DNA of 61,492 bases, filler included, from Choristocarpus tenellus KU-1152 (lineage: Eukaryota > Protista > Phaeophyceae): assembly GCA_964200185.2 (NCBI GenBank). It is 8 parts of 8 records of this genome, joined end to end, with 100 filler letters (N's around TTAATTAATTAA, not from the genome) between each part and the next. Parts side by side here need not be neighbours in the genome. Positions count along the whole stretch, not along the records: positions 24,942 to 27,946 come from CAXNAD020022998.1; positions 28,047 to 31,308 come from CAXNAD020021184.1; positions 31,409 to 55,114 come from CAXNAD020000238.1; 5 more parts are not named here. One strand, written 5' to 3'. The notes under the pieces are model-generated. The model was not told the DNA's origin, did not search any database, and saw nothing but the letters and a program-made list of their open reading frames with translations. The position numbers and the translations under genes are program-made. The number at the start of each line of letters is the position of its first letter. Within the stretch, counting starts at the first letter, position 1. This document shows positions 26,555 through 39,364 of this stretch, piece after piece.

Positions 26555-27059
26555 CCGTACAGTGCACCGCAGACCTGAAGGTATTGTGTGAACTGCTCCA
26601 TTTGAGGAGGTACCAGAAGGAAGAGTCAGTGACGTCATTGCCTTGGGAGGTAACCAAGACATGGTGGCAGAAATCTAGACAGTCATTGAATCAAGCATAG
26701 CAGAGACGGTCCAGGCACAGCTAGGGTAGCATGTGACTTTGGCTGTAGCTAAGGCTGTGGAAGCTCATTGGCCCAGTAAGAAGGGCAGGCTCGGTAGGGT
26801 GTCTGGTATAACAGGAGAAGCAGGTACAATCACAACCCCTGCAGAGGAGCAGGGATTCAACATACAGGTTGGAGGTACCCTTGTGGAACAGAGAGACCAA
26901 TGAATGGATTGGACCCATTTTGACACTTTTATAGCAGCAAGCAGGACATCTCATGCATTCAGTGGAGAGATGGAACGTGTGCAGGAAGGAGCACATAGTG
27001 GGAGCGTGGATGATTGGGATATCTGTAACAGGGGGCAGATGGGCCTTCTGAATGGTTGT

Positions 27060-27470
27060 AAGGGGGTGGCACTGTAGATCATGATGGAGCACGAGAGACC
27101 AAGAACCGAAGTGGACACCTGGTACGAGTACTATGAACCACGTACTCTAGATGAGAGACTTGGGTACATGAGGAGTTCCGGTCCATCAGGCTTGGACCTG
27201 GAGAGGAACCACAACTTATATATTGGGTACATATTAAAGGCGCGTTGACTTGGGAAGCAGCTGACTGTTCTTCATCACTGACTGCTTTGGGGCATATATA
27301 TAGTCAGTGATAAAGAACTGAATGTCACCATTCTGGGAGGACTGCCAGAGGAGTATGAGCTTGAAAGCCAAGATGTTACTGGTGAGGGCAACTACTAACA
27401 ACTAACTACTAACTACTCTCATAAGGGTAGGATTGGAACAGGAGCTTGCGAACTGGTTCTGATAGTTGAA
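27060..27470 (+). pseudogene. Decayed Ty1/copia LTR-retrotransposon gag (UBN2-like) fragment
   Basis: Frameshifted pieces WYEYYEPRTLDE, HEEFRSIRLGPGEEP, LTALG and VSDKELNVTILGGLPEEYELES follow the copia gag pattern W......F.......GE.......L..LG..VSD......IL.GLP..Y. Confidence 0.7.
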
Positions 27471-27733
27471 GACCAAGATAACGACCTCTACCAGACTACA
27501 CAGCGGTTTGAATGCCTCCAGCCTACTTCACCTTGTGGGACTAAAGTGTTTCCTCCAAATTTGACGTAAAGCGGAACAAATCCTAGATTCTGCATGGATT
27601 TAAGATCTCGAACCAACTGCATTAGATCCAGCTTGCCCTCACGCTTTCACCCATATGTTTTTTTTAATGTCTAATTCAAAATATTCCAGGGGATACTTTC
27701 TAAAATCTTCATCACCGCTTCCTTCTGAAGTGA

Positions 27734-27791
27734 GTATTAATAGCACATACTATGTATTAATAGCACATACTATGTATTAATAGCACATACT
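27734..27791. repeat. ~3 x 20-bp tandem repeat
   Basis: GTATTAATAGCACATACTAT repeated. Confidence 0.9.
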
Positions 27792-27946
27792 GCCAAAATG
27801 TGTAGTAGGCTCACCTCTGTGGTGTAAGGGAATTTCAGTGAGCGGAACGAGCAATGATGTAACAGCAAGCCATCCTCTGGAGCCATCTCGTAGAAAGGCT
27901 TGCCCGAACACCTACGACCAACCCCCCCGCCCCCCACCCCCAACAA

Positions 27947-28046
27947 NNNNNNNNNNNNNNNNNNNNNNNNNNNNNNNNNNNNNNNNNNNNTTAATTAATT
28001 AANNNNNNNNNNNNNNNNNNNNNNNNNNNNNNNNNNNNNNNNNNNN
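27947..28046. other. Artificial contig linker
   Basis: N44-TTAATTAATTAA-N44. Confidence 0.97.
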
Positions 28047-28799
28047 CCGTCTTGCCCGGTGATTCTCTTCGCCACCCTTGCCTGAGTGAACCACGCCGCC
28101 ACAGAATCACACGATTCACACCCCACTTTTTATAGTCTGGGGGACTATCCCGACCTGCGGTCAGAGGCTCTACATACACATTGCACTACTTCTCAGACTA
28201 CTCCGGAGTACTGCTGCATGCAGTAACAAATTGTTGTACTATGACCAATTGCATGCTGCCACCATTTCTACCTTGCTTCTTGCACGTTGGGTTCAGTCAT
28301 CCCACCGCTTGATGCTTCACCTCCTCCCTCCGATCTTGTACTGCTGGGCGTGCCTCGAAGTTTTCATCTCGTCTTGGTCATTTTTTTTGTGTTAAAGACG
28401 TAGAAAAAAAAGTAGTACAGGTTTACAATTCATTATGCTGATCATGTAGAGCTGGTAGCTCCAATCAGATCTCCGTAAAAAGATGTCTTGTTTGGCATTC
28501 AGTACCTTCCACTGCTGATGTTCATTAGCAGTCTGGTACTGTTAGCTACTAACTCTTTTGACGCACATTATTTTCTGAGTGATCGTGTCCGCCCCAAAGA
28601 ATGCCACAGTCGAGTTTGTAGGGGTAATGGTCCTGACCAGAACTTTCTTTTGTAACCTACTTCCTGATACTTGAAATGGAAAACGTCAGAGCGCTGTTCA
28701 AGACCGATGTGAGAAGATGGAGGTACGGACTCTCCCCTTCATCAGACCTTTCAACCAATGGGAAACGTTGGTGGTCAAAGGTATGGCATCAACACTCTA

Positions 28800-28961
28800 G
28801 GGTCAAAGTATCTGGGGGGGGTGTCGGCGTCCGTTTTCACCCTTTTTTCGATTTTCACTTTTTTGGTGAGATTTGGTCGCACGGGTCGGATTTGAAATTT
28901 CAGAAAAGGGTTGTTTGGCCGAAACGGACGCCCCCTCACAAACCACAAGATACTTTGACCC
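28800..28961. mobile_element. Short MITE (family S), 162 bp, perfect 4-bp TSD
   Basis: TCTA-GGGTCAAAGTATCT...AGATACTTTGACCC-TCTA; 14-bp perfect TIR. Confidence 0.9.
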
Positions 28962-29840
28962 TCTAATTAACGCAACCAGAAGGTTCAATATGAGAGTGTG
29001 GTCTGCACTACGTTTATCATGTTCAGGCTGTGCCTTAGATTGATATCTTGCGAAGATGGCCTTCGTTTCTCCCTTGGGTGTCCCTTGCAACAACATCCCC
29101 TTTTTGTGTGCTTGGCCCTTGCACCTAACATCGCAATGCTTTCTTCGAGTTCTGTCTACAGCATTCTACCCATCTCCAGAATTACACGCACTCAGACGAA
29201 CATGTTACAATGGTTCACGAAGACTCCTCCTGTGCCTTACTTACTAGCTTCAACCATAATGGGCTAATGCCGAAATTTCGTGACCAGGACAGGGTACTGC
29301 AAGGATTTGAATGAAGGGAAGAGGGGCATGTCCGACGATAGTAACAATATCCACTGCTGCAGGTCTAGTGAGGGCTAGTAATATCTTCGAGACGTCATCA
29401 ACTAGCAATAGTTATGAAGGTTCAAAAATATAAAAATAGAGCCCCGAAAAATATGAAGAAGAGGGATCGCCAAAACGATCCTGGCCGTAATGTCAGACTC
29501 CTTAGACGTATTTAGTATACTGACACCATGAAGCGAAGTCTAGATATCTACCTAGAGAAAAAAGGACTGTAATTGTTTAACAAGCTGGTTGCCCGCGCTT
29601 CAATTTCTGCTTGCACGGTTGCTCCTCTCCAGCCACCACATCGTCCTCAACATGCAAGACATAGGGATATACAACCAAATCGAACTCCCTACTTTCCACC
29701 TTGGACCAGTAAGAGTCCATTCCAAAAGTGCATTCTGGTACTGGTACTTGTCAGCACTGGCCTTGAAGCCCTCGCACATGAACACGCATGCACAGAAACC
29801 TTGTCTTGACTGGGTACGTCAGGGAAACAAGGGTAAGTTT

Positions 29841-30100
29841 GACCCAGGGCATTCAAGAGGGTAGGAGTTTTGCCCTGTTCGTCCGTTCGGGGGTTGACTT
29901 CCCACAGTTTTTTTTATGCCCTTTTTGTTTTTCTGTGTCAACACACTTACCTAAAATGTATACAACTATGAAAGTTGTGTCCGGAGTAAGGATATCGACA
30001 CTTGTTAACATACACGATGGCCAAAATGAATCAACATCGCAACATTGGATCTATATGACTCCGAACAGTCGCGGTCCTACCCTCTTGAACATTTTGACTC
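29841..30100 (+). mobile_element. Diverged family L MITE (subfamily), 260 bp
   Basis: Internal similarity to family L (GAGTTTTGCCCTGTT...GTGTCCGGA...ATCGCAACATTG). TIR core TTCAAGAGGGTAGGA at both ends; flanks GTTT/TTTT. Confidence 0.7.
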
Positions 30101-31241
30101 TTTTCCCAGCCCTTACTTAGTGTGACAAAGACGTTCACAAAGAAACTAAATTCATAATGAAGACCATACACCATTCTTCCCTGTTTTACTTTATGATAGT
30201 TGGGTGTGTGTGAAAGCTACAAACGAAAAGTGGTATTATTCATATGACGAAACTTCAAGACATCACAAAATCAATGCCACAACATTGTTACTATCTGTGT
30301 GGAATATCCTATCGATGCTGTACACAGGATGCTAAACTAGGGGCAATTTGGCGTACAAATACAGATTCAATGGCAACCATTACAATAAGTATTTGTACAT
30401 CTTCTCTCAAGCCTCACCAAGGATTAGGAAAGAAACAACAAATACAAATAATGACATCATTTCGTTCCCCTTGTTGTGTGGAATGTTGCAAAAGGTGTTG
30501 CAAAAGCAACCATAACTCCCTACCCCAAATCCATAGTTACAGGACTATGCAGGACGTAAATTATAGAGATACCACATGAAGAGCGACCGCACTCGTCATG
30601 TGTGCATCCATGTCCTACACCACACTTTGGTGTGTTCTTGAACAGACCACAAATAGATATCCAACAAATTGCATATGAAACGTCAAGACGTTTCATTTTT
30701 TTGTGACATTCAAACAAAGATATATACGGACGATCGACAGATACTTTTTTCTTGCTACTACAATAATGAGCACGTTGTTCGCATAAGTATCTCAGGAGGG
30801 TCTTTGCATGACAAGGAAACAAATTGATGCTCTGCCTTCAAAAGTCTAATCTGGAAGAAAGAGCAAGAGCTGTGTGTGATGCGTTCTTCAGTGATGGTGA
30901 GAACGTGTGTAATGCTGCTCAATTAAATTGAAGGCCTGCTACCATTCCACTCTTGTGGGAGGAGTGCGCCTGATTCAAGCCAAAGCGAACCGTGGAAAAA
31001 GACGGAGGGCGCAGTGGAAGACCTTCTCGAACCACAACTTTTCTGCATTGAACAGGCAGCCTGTCGTCGACTATATATACCATCATAAACGAACCTCGAC
31101 TAATGTCCCCTCTTCTTCTAGTTGTCCAACCTATTAGCACCGTCAGCAATAACGAGCTCACCCTTATCGTCACATCCACCCATTCCCGGTGTCCTCATCA
31201 CCAACAAGCACTCCTTGTTTGAAGTAGTTGATGAGATCTCA

Positions 31242-31308
31242 GACCCAAAGTATCTGGGGGGGGGGGGGGGTTTACCCCAGGGTGTTCATTTGGCAAAAAA
31301 CACGGAAA
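31242..31308. mobile_element. Family S-like MITE end truncated by the contig end
   Basis: GACCCAAAGTATCTGGGG... runs into the linker. Confidence 0.55.
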
Positions 31309-31408
31309 NNNNNNNNNNNNNNNNNNNNNNNNNNNNNNNNNNNNNNNNNNNNTTAATTAATTAANNNNNNNNNNNNNNNNNNNNNNNNNNNNNNNNNNNN
31401 NNNNNNNN
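31309..31408. other. Artificial contig linker
   Basis: N44-TTAATTAATTAA-N44. Confidence 0.97.
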
Positions 31409-33260
31409 CCAACCTTAACCTCGTACCCTCGGTCACGGTTCGTCCTTGTTCGTCTGGTCCGTCTTGCCCGGTGATTCTCTTTTAACACACATTGTAAGTG
31501 TGGCGTTTAATACCATAAATAATACAATAATAGTTTTTGTTGGTTTCCCCCCTAACACATCCGCGAAATGTTTTAGGGTACATTAATACAAAAAAATAAT
31601 AATAGGCAGTACAGCGTAGAGGTCGAAGAGGTTACAGCAGGAAACGACATGTCAAATCCCACTTACGATAGATAGTCTGTCACTACACACACGCGACTCT
31701 CTCAAGATGTGCATGCGTTTTAAGCCAGAGACACCAGCGAGATGGGCAAGGAGGGATCTGTTAGATTCTTGGGATGCGTCTCTAGCTCCTCTCCTTGTAA
31801 GTGTAGGGCTAAGCTAGGTTAGAGGTACAGCAACAGTGCACACATCACACACACTACTACTGTAATTTCGAGCTTTTACGGGAGTGTTGTATAGTATAAT
31901 AACTGCTATGCAAATAGTAACTAGTTTTTTTTTAGAGATATCTTTCACATTTATGACAGGTTTTACTTTTGCAAGGGTTCTCTTCTGATATATTTATTTG
32001 GCTTTTTCCAACACATTATTTGGAGAATGTCCACGGACATAATAATACATAATAGTGGGATAAGCCGATGATGCAGTATAGCAAACTAGTGGTCGAACAG
32101 ACAAAGTAACGAACACTATAATAATCTTTTCAAACAAAGGAGTTCGTAGTGTGGGAAGTAGTATAAATAGATAATAGTGTTGACCTTTTGACAAGAGGAA
32201 AGCAAAGTCGACTATTAATACTATATACATTATTAGGGGGATCAATTACAAGTAATTCTCAGTTTTCACCATCTCTTTCCTTCCTTTGTTGAAAAGTCAA
32301 CAACAGGGAAATAAATTGTTTTATGATGCTGATCGCTTACATTTTGGATATAATGAAATATGTAAAAGATTACCATGGGGGGATGGATTAATTATATATG
32401 TGAAATAGACAATATAGGTGGTAGTAGTAGTGTTGGTGTTTTTAACTGTATATATTTGTTCATGATAATATTATGGTGTGAATATCTACAAATGAATCAT
32501 GGATACCAAAAACTTTTTGTAGAAATAAAGATGAGAATCATGGGTGCAAAGTCAGCTGGTTCTAGAGATTGCTGGATTTTGACAATGTTTTCATCATTTT
32601 CAATTAAATAATATTATTGTTATGCCCACTCACATTTTGTAGATGTGTAATGGAAGGAACAAGAAAAAATAATCAGGACTAATCGCATTCCGTTCTCTCA
32701 AAGAACACAGATCAAACAGCCAAAATGATAAATTGGAGTATCATTTCGTTGGTTTTTTCGAGATGTTTTATTCTTTTCCATTTTTCCACAACAACTATTC
32801 TCCTCCATCTACTATTTCTATCATGATTTTTTTCGGACACGTGGTCCATTGGCAGCTGCAAATTGATGTTTGAAAGCTTTCGTTGTTCGTAAATATTTTG
32901 CCTGAATTATGATTGGTCCATAGTTACGTCAGGGTTGTTAATGGCAATTTTGGTATTCTGAATTTGCATAAATCATGGGACAATCATTTCTGATCCCCCC
33001 AAACCCACTTCTATATTACAAGGTGTGGGTTAAGTGTTAGGTTCTTCTGATCGATGCACAACAATTGACATAGAATATCAACCTCGAACAGATTACCCTG
33101 AGGCTCCACACGTCCCACTCTTCATTATACTTGGAGATTTGCGAGAGAAGTGCTATATTGTGGTCCTCGTTGCATCGTCAGGAATCAGCCATTCTCTTTG
33201 GCTCCACCTCTGGCAAGTTACCCTAGTATTGATTGTCTATTCTGTACTCGTGGACGGGGA

Positions 33261-33794
33261 ATGATGGTTGGTGGAGTAGCGAGCCTACCCACACATCGTG
33301 GAACAGAACCTCAGTTCGCTGTCTACATTTCAGGGTTTCGCATTGTCAAGGATGGTGGCAGACACCTTACCAAAGAGACTGCACCCACCAGGCATTGCGA
33401 GTACCACGTTGTGGTGCTACTCCAAAACCAGCAATACGAGTGCTGGCAGCGCTTCTCCAGTTTCAAGGCGATAGCACGCAATACTGATTTGGGCACGTCG
33501 CCATCAGCATCGGCGGCGTGGGAGGCTGTGCGCCGTTGCCGCCCTGCTGCCGGGGGAGTTCTTGACCCCGATCATCTCAGCAGAAAGTGCTTGGTGCTCG
33601 AGACCTTTCTACGGCAACTTCTTGGTGCATTTCACAGTCCTGGGAACTTGGTAGATATATTGGCACGCTCCTCTTCGAGGCAGCCTAGAGAGCATGTTTC
33701 GCATGCTGGACGTCCTTGGGTGAGACAAACTCAGCGCTTTGGTACTGCAGCTGCTAGTCCTTTGTGGGTGCTTGCTCGGGGGATTTACAGCTAA
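33261..33794 (+). CDS. Single-exon PX (phox homology)-like domain protein, ~177 aa
   Basis: Open ORF from ATG 33261: V.ISGFRIV...EYHVVVLL....ECWQRFSSFKAI...LDPDHLSRKCLVLETFLRQLL follows the PX pattern (Y.I.V....W..RYSxF...R...LE.FL..LL). Confidence 0.6.
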   Translation: MMVGGVASLPTHRGTEPQFAVYISGFRIVKDGGRHLTKETAPTRHCEYHVVVLLQNQQYECWQRFSSFKAIARNTDLGTSPSASAAWEAVRRCRPAAGGVLDPDHLSRKCLVLETFLRQLLGAFHSPGNLVDILARSSSRQPREHVSHAGRPWVRQTQRFGTAAASPLWVLARGIYS

Positions 33795-36700
33795 GATAGA
33801 GAAAAATCCCGACTTCATTTGACCTTTGTATTCTTCATCTAGCTCATCAGAACAGTCAGATCACATAGGCCGTGATCGTACCTTCTGCATCTGGTTCTGT
33901 GATGCAGCAAGACACACCTGCCTAGAATACAACTGCGAACGTTATGTGCAAAAGTTTTCAGACTAAAGTAGTATTTTCCCATCAATGTGCTTGCGAGTGT
34001 GAACTCTCCTTGTGAGTGTGATACAGTTTATCGTTATGCGCAGAGTTTTCTGTTTTGATAGATATAAATGTTTGGAAGTGCGGTTGGGGCGTTTCTGATT
34101 CACACACTACAAATAGCAAGTAAGGTTGGTTCACTTTGTTTTTCTGCAGGCACTTTTGATCATTTGAGAATAGACGGAAGTAGAGGCTCATTCGCATTGG
34201 AAGAAACATACACCCTTTTTGTTAATAGTCGCGTCAACAATTTATTCTTTGGCGTTTTCCTCGTCATGGAAGACGTGCTTGATGCAACCGATTTTTTCAT
34301 AGGACCAGTAGGGAATGAGGCTGTTTCTCTTTCTCTTCTTAAGACACATTTGTCTTTTAAAAAGAGGGATGGAAACCTTAGGGTGTTAGTACATTATAAG
34401 CAAGATTGGTGTTCGTTTCAGGTGCTTTTGATCAGTTGAATAGATGGGAGTAAAACTGAACCATCCACGATGGAAAAGAACCACCTCCCTACTGTTTGTT
34501 AATATTTGTGGCAACAGTGTCTTTTATTTTTCCTGTTTTGTATTACATAACTTAATGTAAACACACTTTTGATTGGATTGTTGAAGCAATAGCAAATAGG
34601 CTGGTTAAATTATGTTTTTTGGCCATCTTGTCTGTCAAAGAGAGGTGAAAGTAACCTGAAGGTGCTTAAGAAAATCATCTCTTGTTAATAGTCATGGTAT
34701 GAGTAAATTAATTACAAAGATTGATCATGCGATCCATATCATGCTTAATATGCAGTTTCCATTTACTAGTTTGGATTTCCTGTTTAGACTTCTCAACAAA
34801 TGTGTTTCGGATTTTTGAGTTGCTCGACTATTTAGTTCAGAGTTGTAATGGTTACGGTCACTTGGACTGTGATAAATTTATTTTCCTGGTGTATTTCTTG
34901 CATGAGTGAGCCAATGCTTGATTGTGATAAAGGTAAGTGTGAAGACCATGATAGGTATTCCTTGGGATCAACTGGTACGGCAGGAATGTTAATGTGAGTT
35001 CTTCACAGGTAGGTGTAGGATTGTGGAACCCCTTGTGCTTCAGTCAAGCAAGAGCTCCCTGGATACTCAATTACCTAATCGTGGCTTGCTACCATTGATT
35101 TTTCTGTTCAACCAAGGTAACTTCATGGGTGAACATCCCCAAGATTGGTTCAACTTTGACTGTCAGGATAAACTTCCACTATATATATGTATGTGTGTCG
35201 TCCCTAACTTACCTGTTCAACATAATCTTTAATGTAATCTGGTCATGTTGGAGGATGACATGACTATGAACGTGTCATGCACTGTCTTCATCCCTGCATC
35301 GTCTCTCAACAGGGCAATAAACCACTGAATTCGATGTTGCGCAATAGTCCACATAACAATCTTTCAATTTAGATTCATTAATGTGATCGTCCGACTAGGC
35401 AGCAAAAACTGGTACCCCACCTGCTTCTACAGTCATGAGTCACATATTTGCAGTTCGTCCTTTTTGCCTACTTGTACAGACAGGGATGCCAGTGTGTTTC
35501 TCTCTGTTAGTTTTTGTGGATGGTGATGCAGGGAACCTCTTCAAAGGATCCTGTGCAACATTGATCATGTCATCTGATTTCGCGTTCTTCGTATGTTTTT
35601 GTCAACGCTCATATCAATTCCTTGCTCTGTACTCCCTTGATAATTCTATATTTTACACTATGCGAGAGGGGTACAAACTCATTCATTAACAGACTGGAAC
35701 AACTGGTAGTTTTGCACACTGATCACAATGAGTAGGCAGAGGGCATCCAATCTAATCTGCTCAGAGGTAAACAGGTCAAACTAGTAAGTACCGCATAAAT
35801 AAATGTACGTGTGCATTTCATGATACATACGCACATGAAATGTTCCTACCGCTGCTTGTGTGGTGTTCAGCGTGCGATAGTACTGTGACTTCTCCAGTAG
35901 GTGTTGACTATGAAAAAGTGCAGATTGCTCTGTGTATGATACCCCTCTCTATTCTCACCTCATGGTGTAACAGGCATACTCATCATATCCGTGCAAATCT
36001 ATCTAGATCTTGACGGAACACCTTGGCTAGTGACCAGGTTATTTCACACTGTCTTCCTGTACAAACTTGCCTGCCTTATTAAGCCAGGACTAGTACCAAC
36101 AATATCTTGCCTCCCAAACAGCAGACCAGTGCCCTACGAGTTTACTCTTTTCTGCTACTGGTAAGAATTCCCATCATTTGACAAGTTGAAAAACATACTG
36201 CTGTATTGCTTGCATGACACAATATAATGTTTTACCATTATACAAAACAAAGTGTTCTACACACACCAGATGTAGCGAGTGCCTCTCAAGGAAGTGTGGA
36301 GGATGACACTAGAGGTCCAGGACTGGGAAAGAGGGCAGATCAACAAAACATCAATGGTGCCACTTGGGGAGGGGCAGATGGGAGTGGTGAGAGGAGGGTA
36401 CTTGTCCAAGAATACAGACCCACTACAGCACAAAATATGGTTTCAGACCTCAAGAGGCAATCAGGGATGGAGGTGTTCCAGCAGCATTAGCTGTCATCAT
36501 TGGTCGAGAGTGTGGTCACTAATATGGGGCTGAGCAGTGTTTGATTCTGTGCAAGATATGCTTTGGTGGAAAAGGGATGAGTCAACTGTGCGAGGTATTT
36601 TCTTGCATACTTAGTGATACCATCAAATTGATCTTGACATGATAACTGCATAGTGCGTTTAGCAGACAATTGCTGACATTGTCAAGGGTGTGTTGTTTCT

Positions 36701-37705
36701 CTTGAGAAAACAAAAAATGCCTAGAGTATTCCAACAAACGAAAGAGCAGGGAGAGGTGCCTCTTTCAGGTAACTTGGCTGAAAAACAACTCAAGCTTTGT
36801 ACCTGCTGGATCAAAATGGGTCTTGATTTGTACAAGGACTTCGTGTGAGTCTCTCTCTGGTGCTTGTAGACTCCTTGCTGCAGCATGTGATTCAAAGATT
36901 TGTTACTGCAAAATGCAGAGTCAATGACCCGACCAAAAGTTCTGAAACCATTGCCGTACTGCACATAGCGTAGCATTTAGGGGCAATTATTTCTGGTGAA
37001 GTGAAAGAACAACTGCATTGGTCCAGAACAAGTGACGCCTACCCATTTCCACTTCAATTTGTTCAACTTCAGCAAACTGTTACCATTTGACCATGGGTAT
37101 GATTGGTCTGTTGCCCAACTGAGAGTCTCTAGATCCAAGTCGCTTGTTTTGAAGTGCCTCCCCACGATTCTAGCAACATTTTTTTGCACTTGATTAAAAG
37201 TGATAAGGGTCTATATTTGCGCAGCCAAAATAAACCAGCCGAGGGTCATTAACTGGCACAGCCACCCAAATATTATTTGTACAGTCATTTCACCACGTCA
37301 ATAATTCGTATTAACTTCAATCTTCAAAAAGAATGCATATGTCACTGCTGATGCATTCATCGCATACACCTTAACCCAGAACAGTGTTCAACTACACTAT
37401 CCCTGTGAAATTGAGGGTATTGGCTGCAGTCAGACCATATCATACACAACATGAAGCGACACAAAGTGCAATTGAAAGCTCATTTCAATTTAGCTATGCA
37501 TGCCATGACACAAGCCTCCATTTGCATGCCCTCTTTTCAAAAATCTCCACCTCAACCTTTCATTGCACATGATCATGACAGCATCAACAACAAATGCAGA
37601 GTCACGGCACCCAAAAATAATGCTATGATGGCTAAAACTATGCTGAGTCCCTACGTGAGCTTACTTTGGCCTACCATTGCCTATATCTACTCTGTTCTTG
37701 CAGAC

Positions 37706-39364
37706 CTAGTTGTGATCTCCCTGACCTGGTGCATATGAGTACTCTCCCCGGGCTGCAGCACCCGCAATGACAAGCTCCTTCTCCAAAAGTGCAGACATCT
37801 CCTCCAAGGGCAGGGGGGAGCCCTTGGGGTTCTTCTTGCACAGATCAAGCAGAGGGAGCTGCAAAGCCTGGCTCCACGAGAAGCTGAGGTTCCAGGGTGA
37901 GTTACCCTTAGCCTTGTTGATGGCATCAAGGCGAGCTGCTGCATCTTCAAGGGCCTGCCCCCCACTGAGGAAGTTGACCCCAGGCATAGCTGCTGGCATA
38001 ACCCTGCGAAGTGTGGTTACTGTTGCCTCACCAATCTCCTTGGCAGTGAACTTTTCTGTGCAGCCACGACCTGGATTCACCATGTTGGGCTTAAGGGTGG
38101 AACCCTCCATGAACACACCATGGTCGAGCATTGCCTTGTACAGGTGAGCCTGCACCTTGACATTCACACGGATAGCTGTCTCCAGGTCATAGTCACCAGC
38201 AAGGCTGATGTCTGGCTCCACAATGGGGACCAGCCCGTTGTCCTGGCAAATGAGGGCATACCTGGGGATATAGGAAGGAGGAAAATCACGATCACGACAA
38301 AATTCAGATCAACTCAGTGTACTGGTTCCAATGTCATCATCCCTTGTGCTCACAGGTCATCTGTAAAGTCTTCGTAAGAGATAATCAAGACGCGAATGCC
38401 CAATTTTTTTAAACAGTAGGGCTGTTGAAGCCCATATCTAGAGATGGGTGTATGTATGACAGAAAGATCATGGGTGTGCTTAAAACATCGACATAAAGAA
38501 GGCTTGTGCTCTGAAGCCCTCCCTCGCTTGGGAACCTGGGTTGCATTTCATTTCTGTGGTGCTAAGCAAATTTTAGCATGCCATAGTGTAATTCCCTACA
38601 AAGAGCGCAGCTTGTACCATCAATTGTAAAAGGATAATCGCCGCCATAGTAATACTGAGGTCTCTGAACGCATGTACAGGCATTTTGAGGTGGAACATCT
38701 TTGTGAACTATGGATCAGATCACCTGGCCAGGTCATCCATGTTCGTCTGGATTGCCAAGCTTGAAATATCACCATCAGCACCGATGACAAGAGGGCTCCG
38801 CCACTTTGCAAAACGCGCGCCGGCATCGTAATACTCCTTGCAACGAACCGCGAGAGAGTCGAGACCCTGCATCACCGTCTCTCCAGGCTTGCACCCAGGC
38901 AAGGCGTAGACCTTGAGGTGAGGCTTGACTCCTGGGACTATTCCGCGTTTCGACAAAAGCTCGGGAAAAGGAACCCCATCATCAGACTTTTGATACAGCG
39001 TCTCAGGGTCGAGAATTGCTCCAGAGAGGAAGTCGGCTCCATTGGCCACGGTGAAGAGCATCTGCCTGTACAGCCGGCGGTTTTCCTCTGTGTTGATGAT
39101 GCCGACCTTTTCGAAACGGTCACCGATGGTCCCGGGACCCTCGTCGCAAGCTGTCAATCCCTTACCATATTGAGACATGGCGGCAGCCGTCTCCACTAGT
39201 GCGGCTTTCTTCTCGGCAGAGAGATGCTGACCTCCATGCATGATGATAGCCCTGCCGTTTTGACGGGCGACTGCGACAGAGTACGGAAGTCGCGCCGGGG
39301 TGACGAAGGCCTCTGTTCCAGAGATTATAGCAAGCGAGGCTACAGCCCAGCCCGTGAGAGACAT
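37706..39364 (-). CDS. FBA: Plastid-targeted class I fructose-bisphosphate aldolase (diatom FBAC5-like), 398 aa
   Basis: Exons 39364-38724 and 38261-37706 (phase-2 GT-AG intron). Motifs ACDE, GVK, FAKWR, GLVPIVEPD, LKPNMV (Schiff-base Lys), FLSGGQ and PWNLSFS. The N-terminal signal peptide ends TEA|FVTP, like the ochrophyte ASA|FAP bipartite motif. Confidence 0.95.

Noticed and set aside
37767-39199. Plus-strand ORFs overlapping the aldolase (and similar antisense ORFs over 45603-50938)
   Set aside because: These are antisense shadows of real coding exons.
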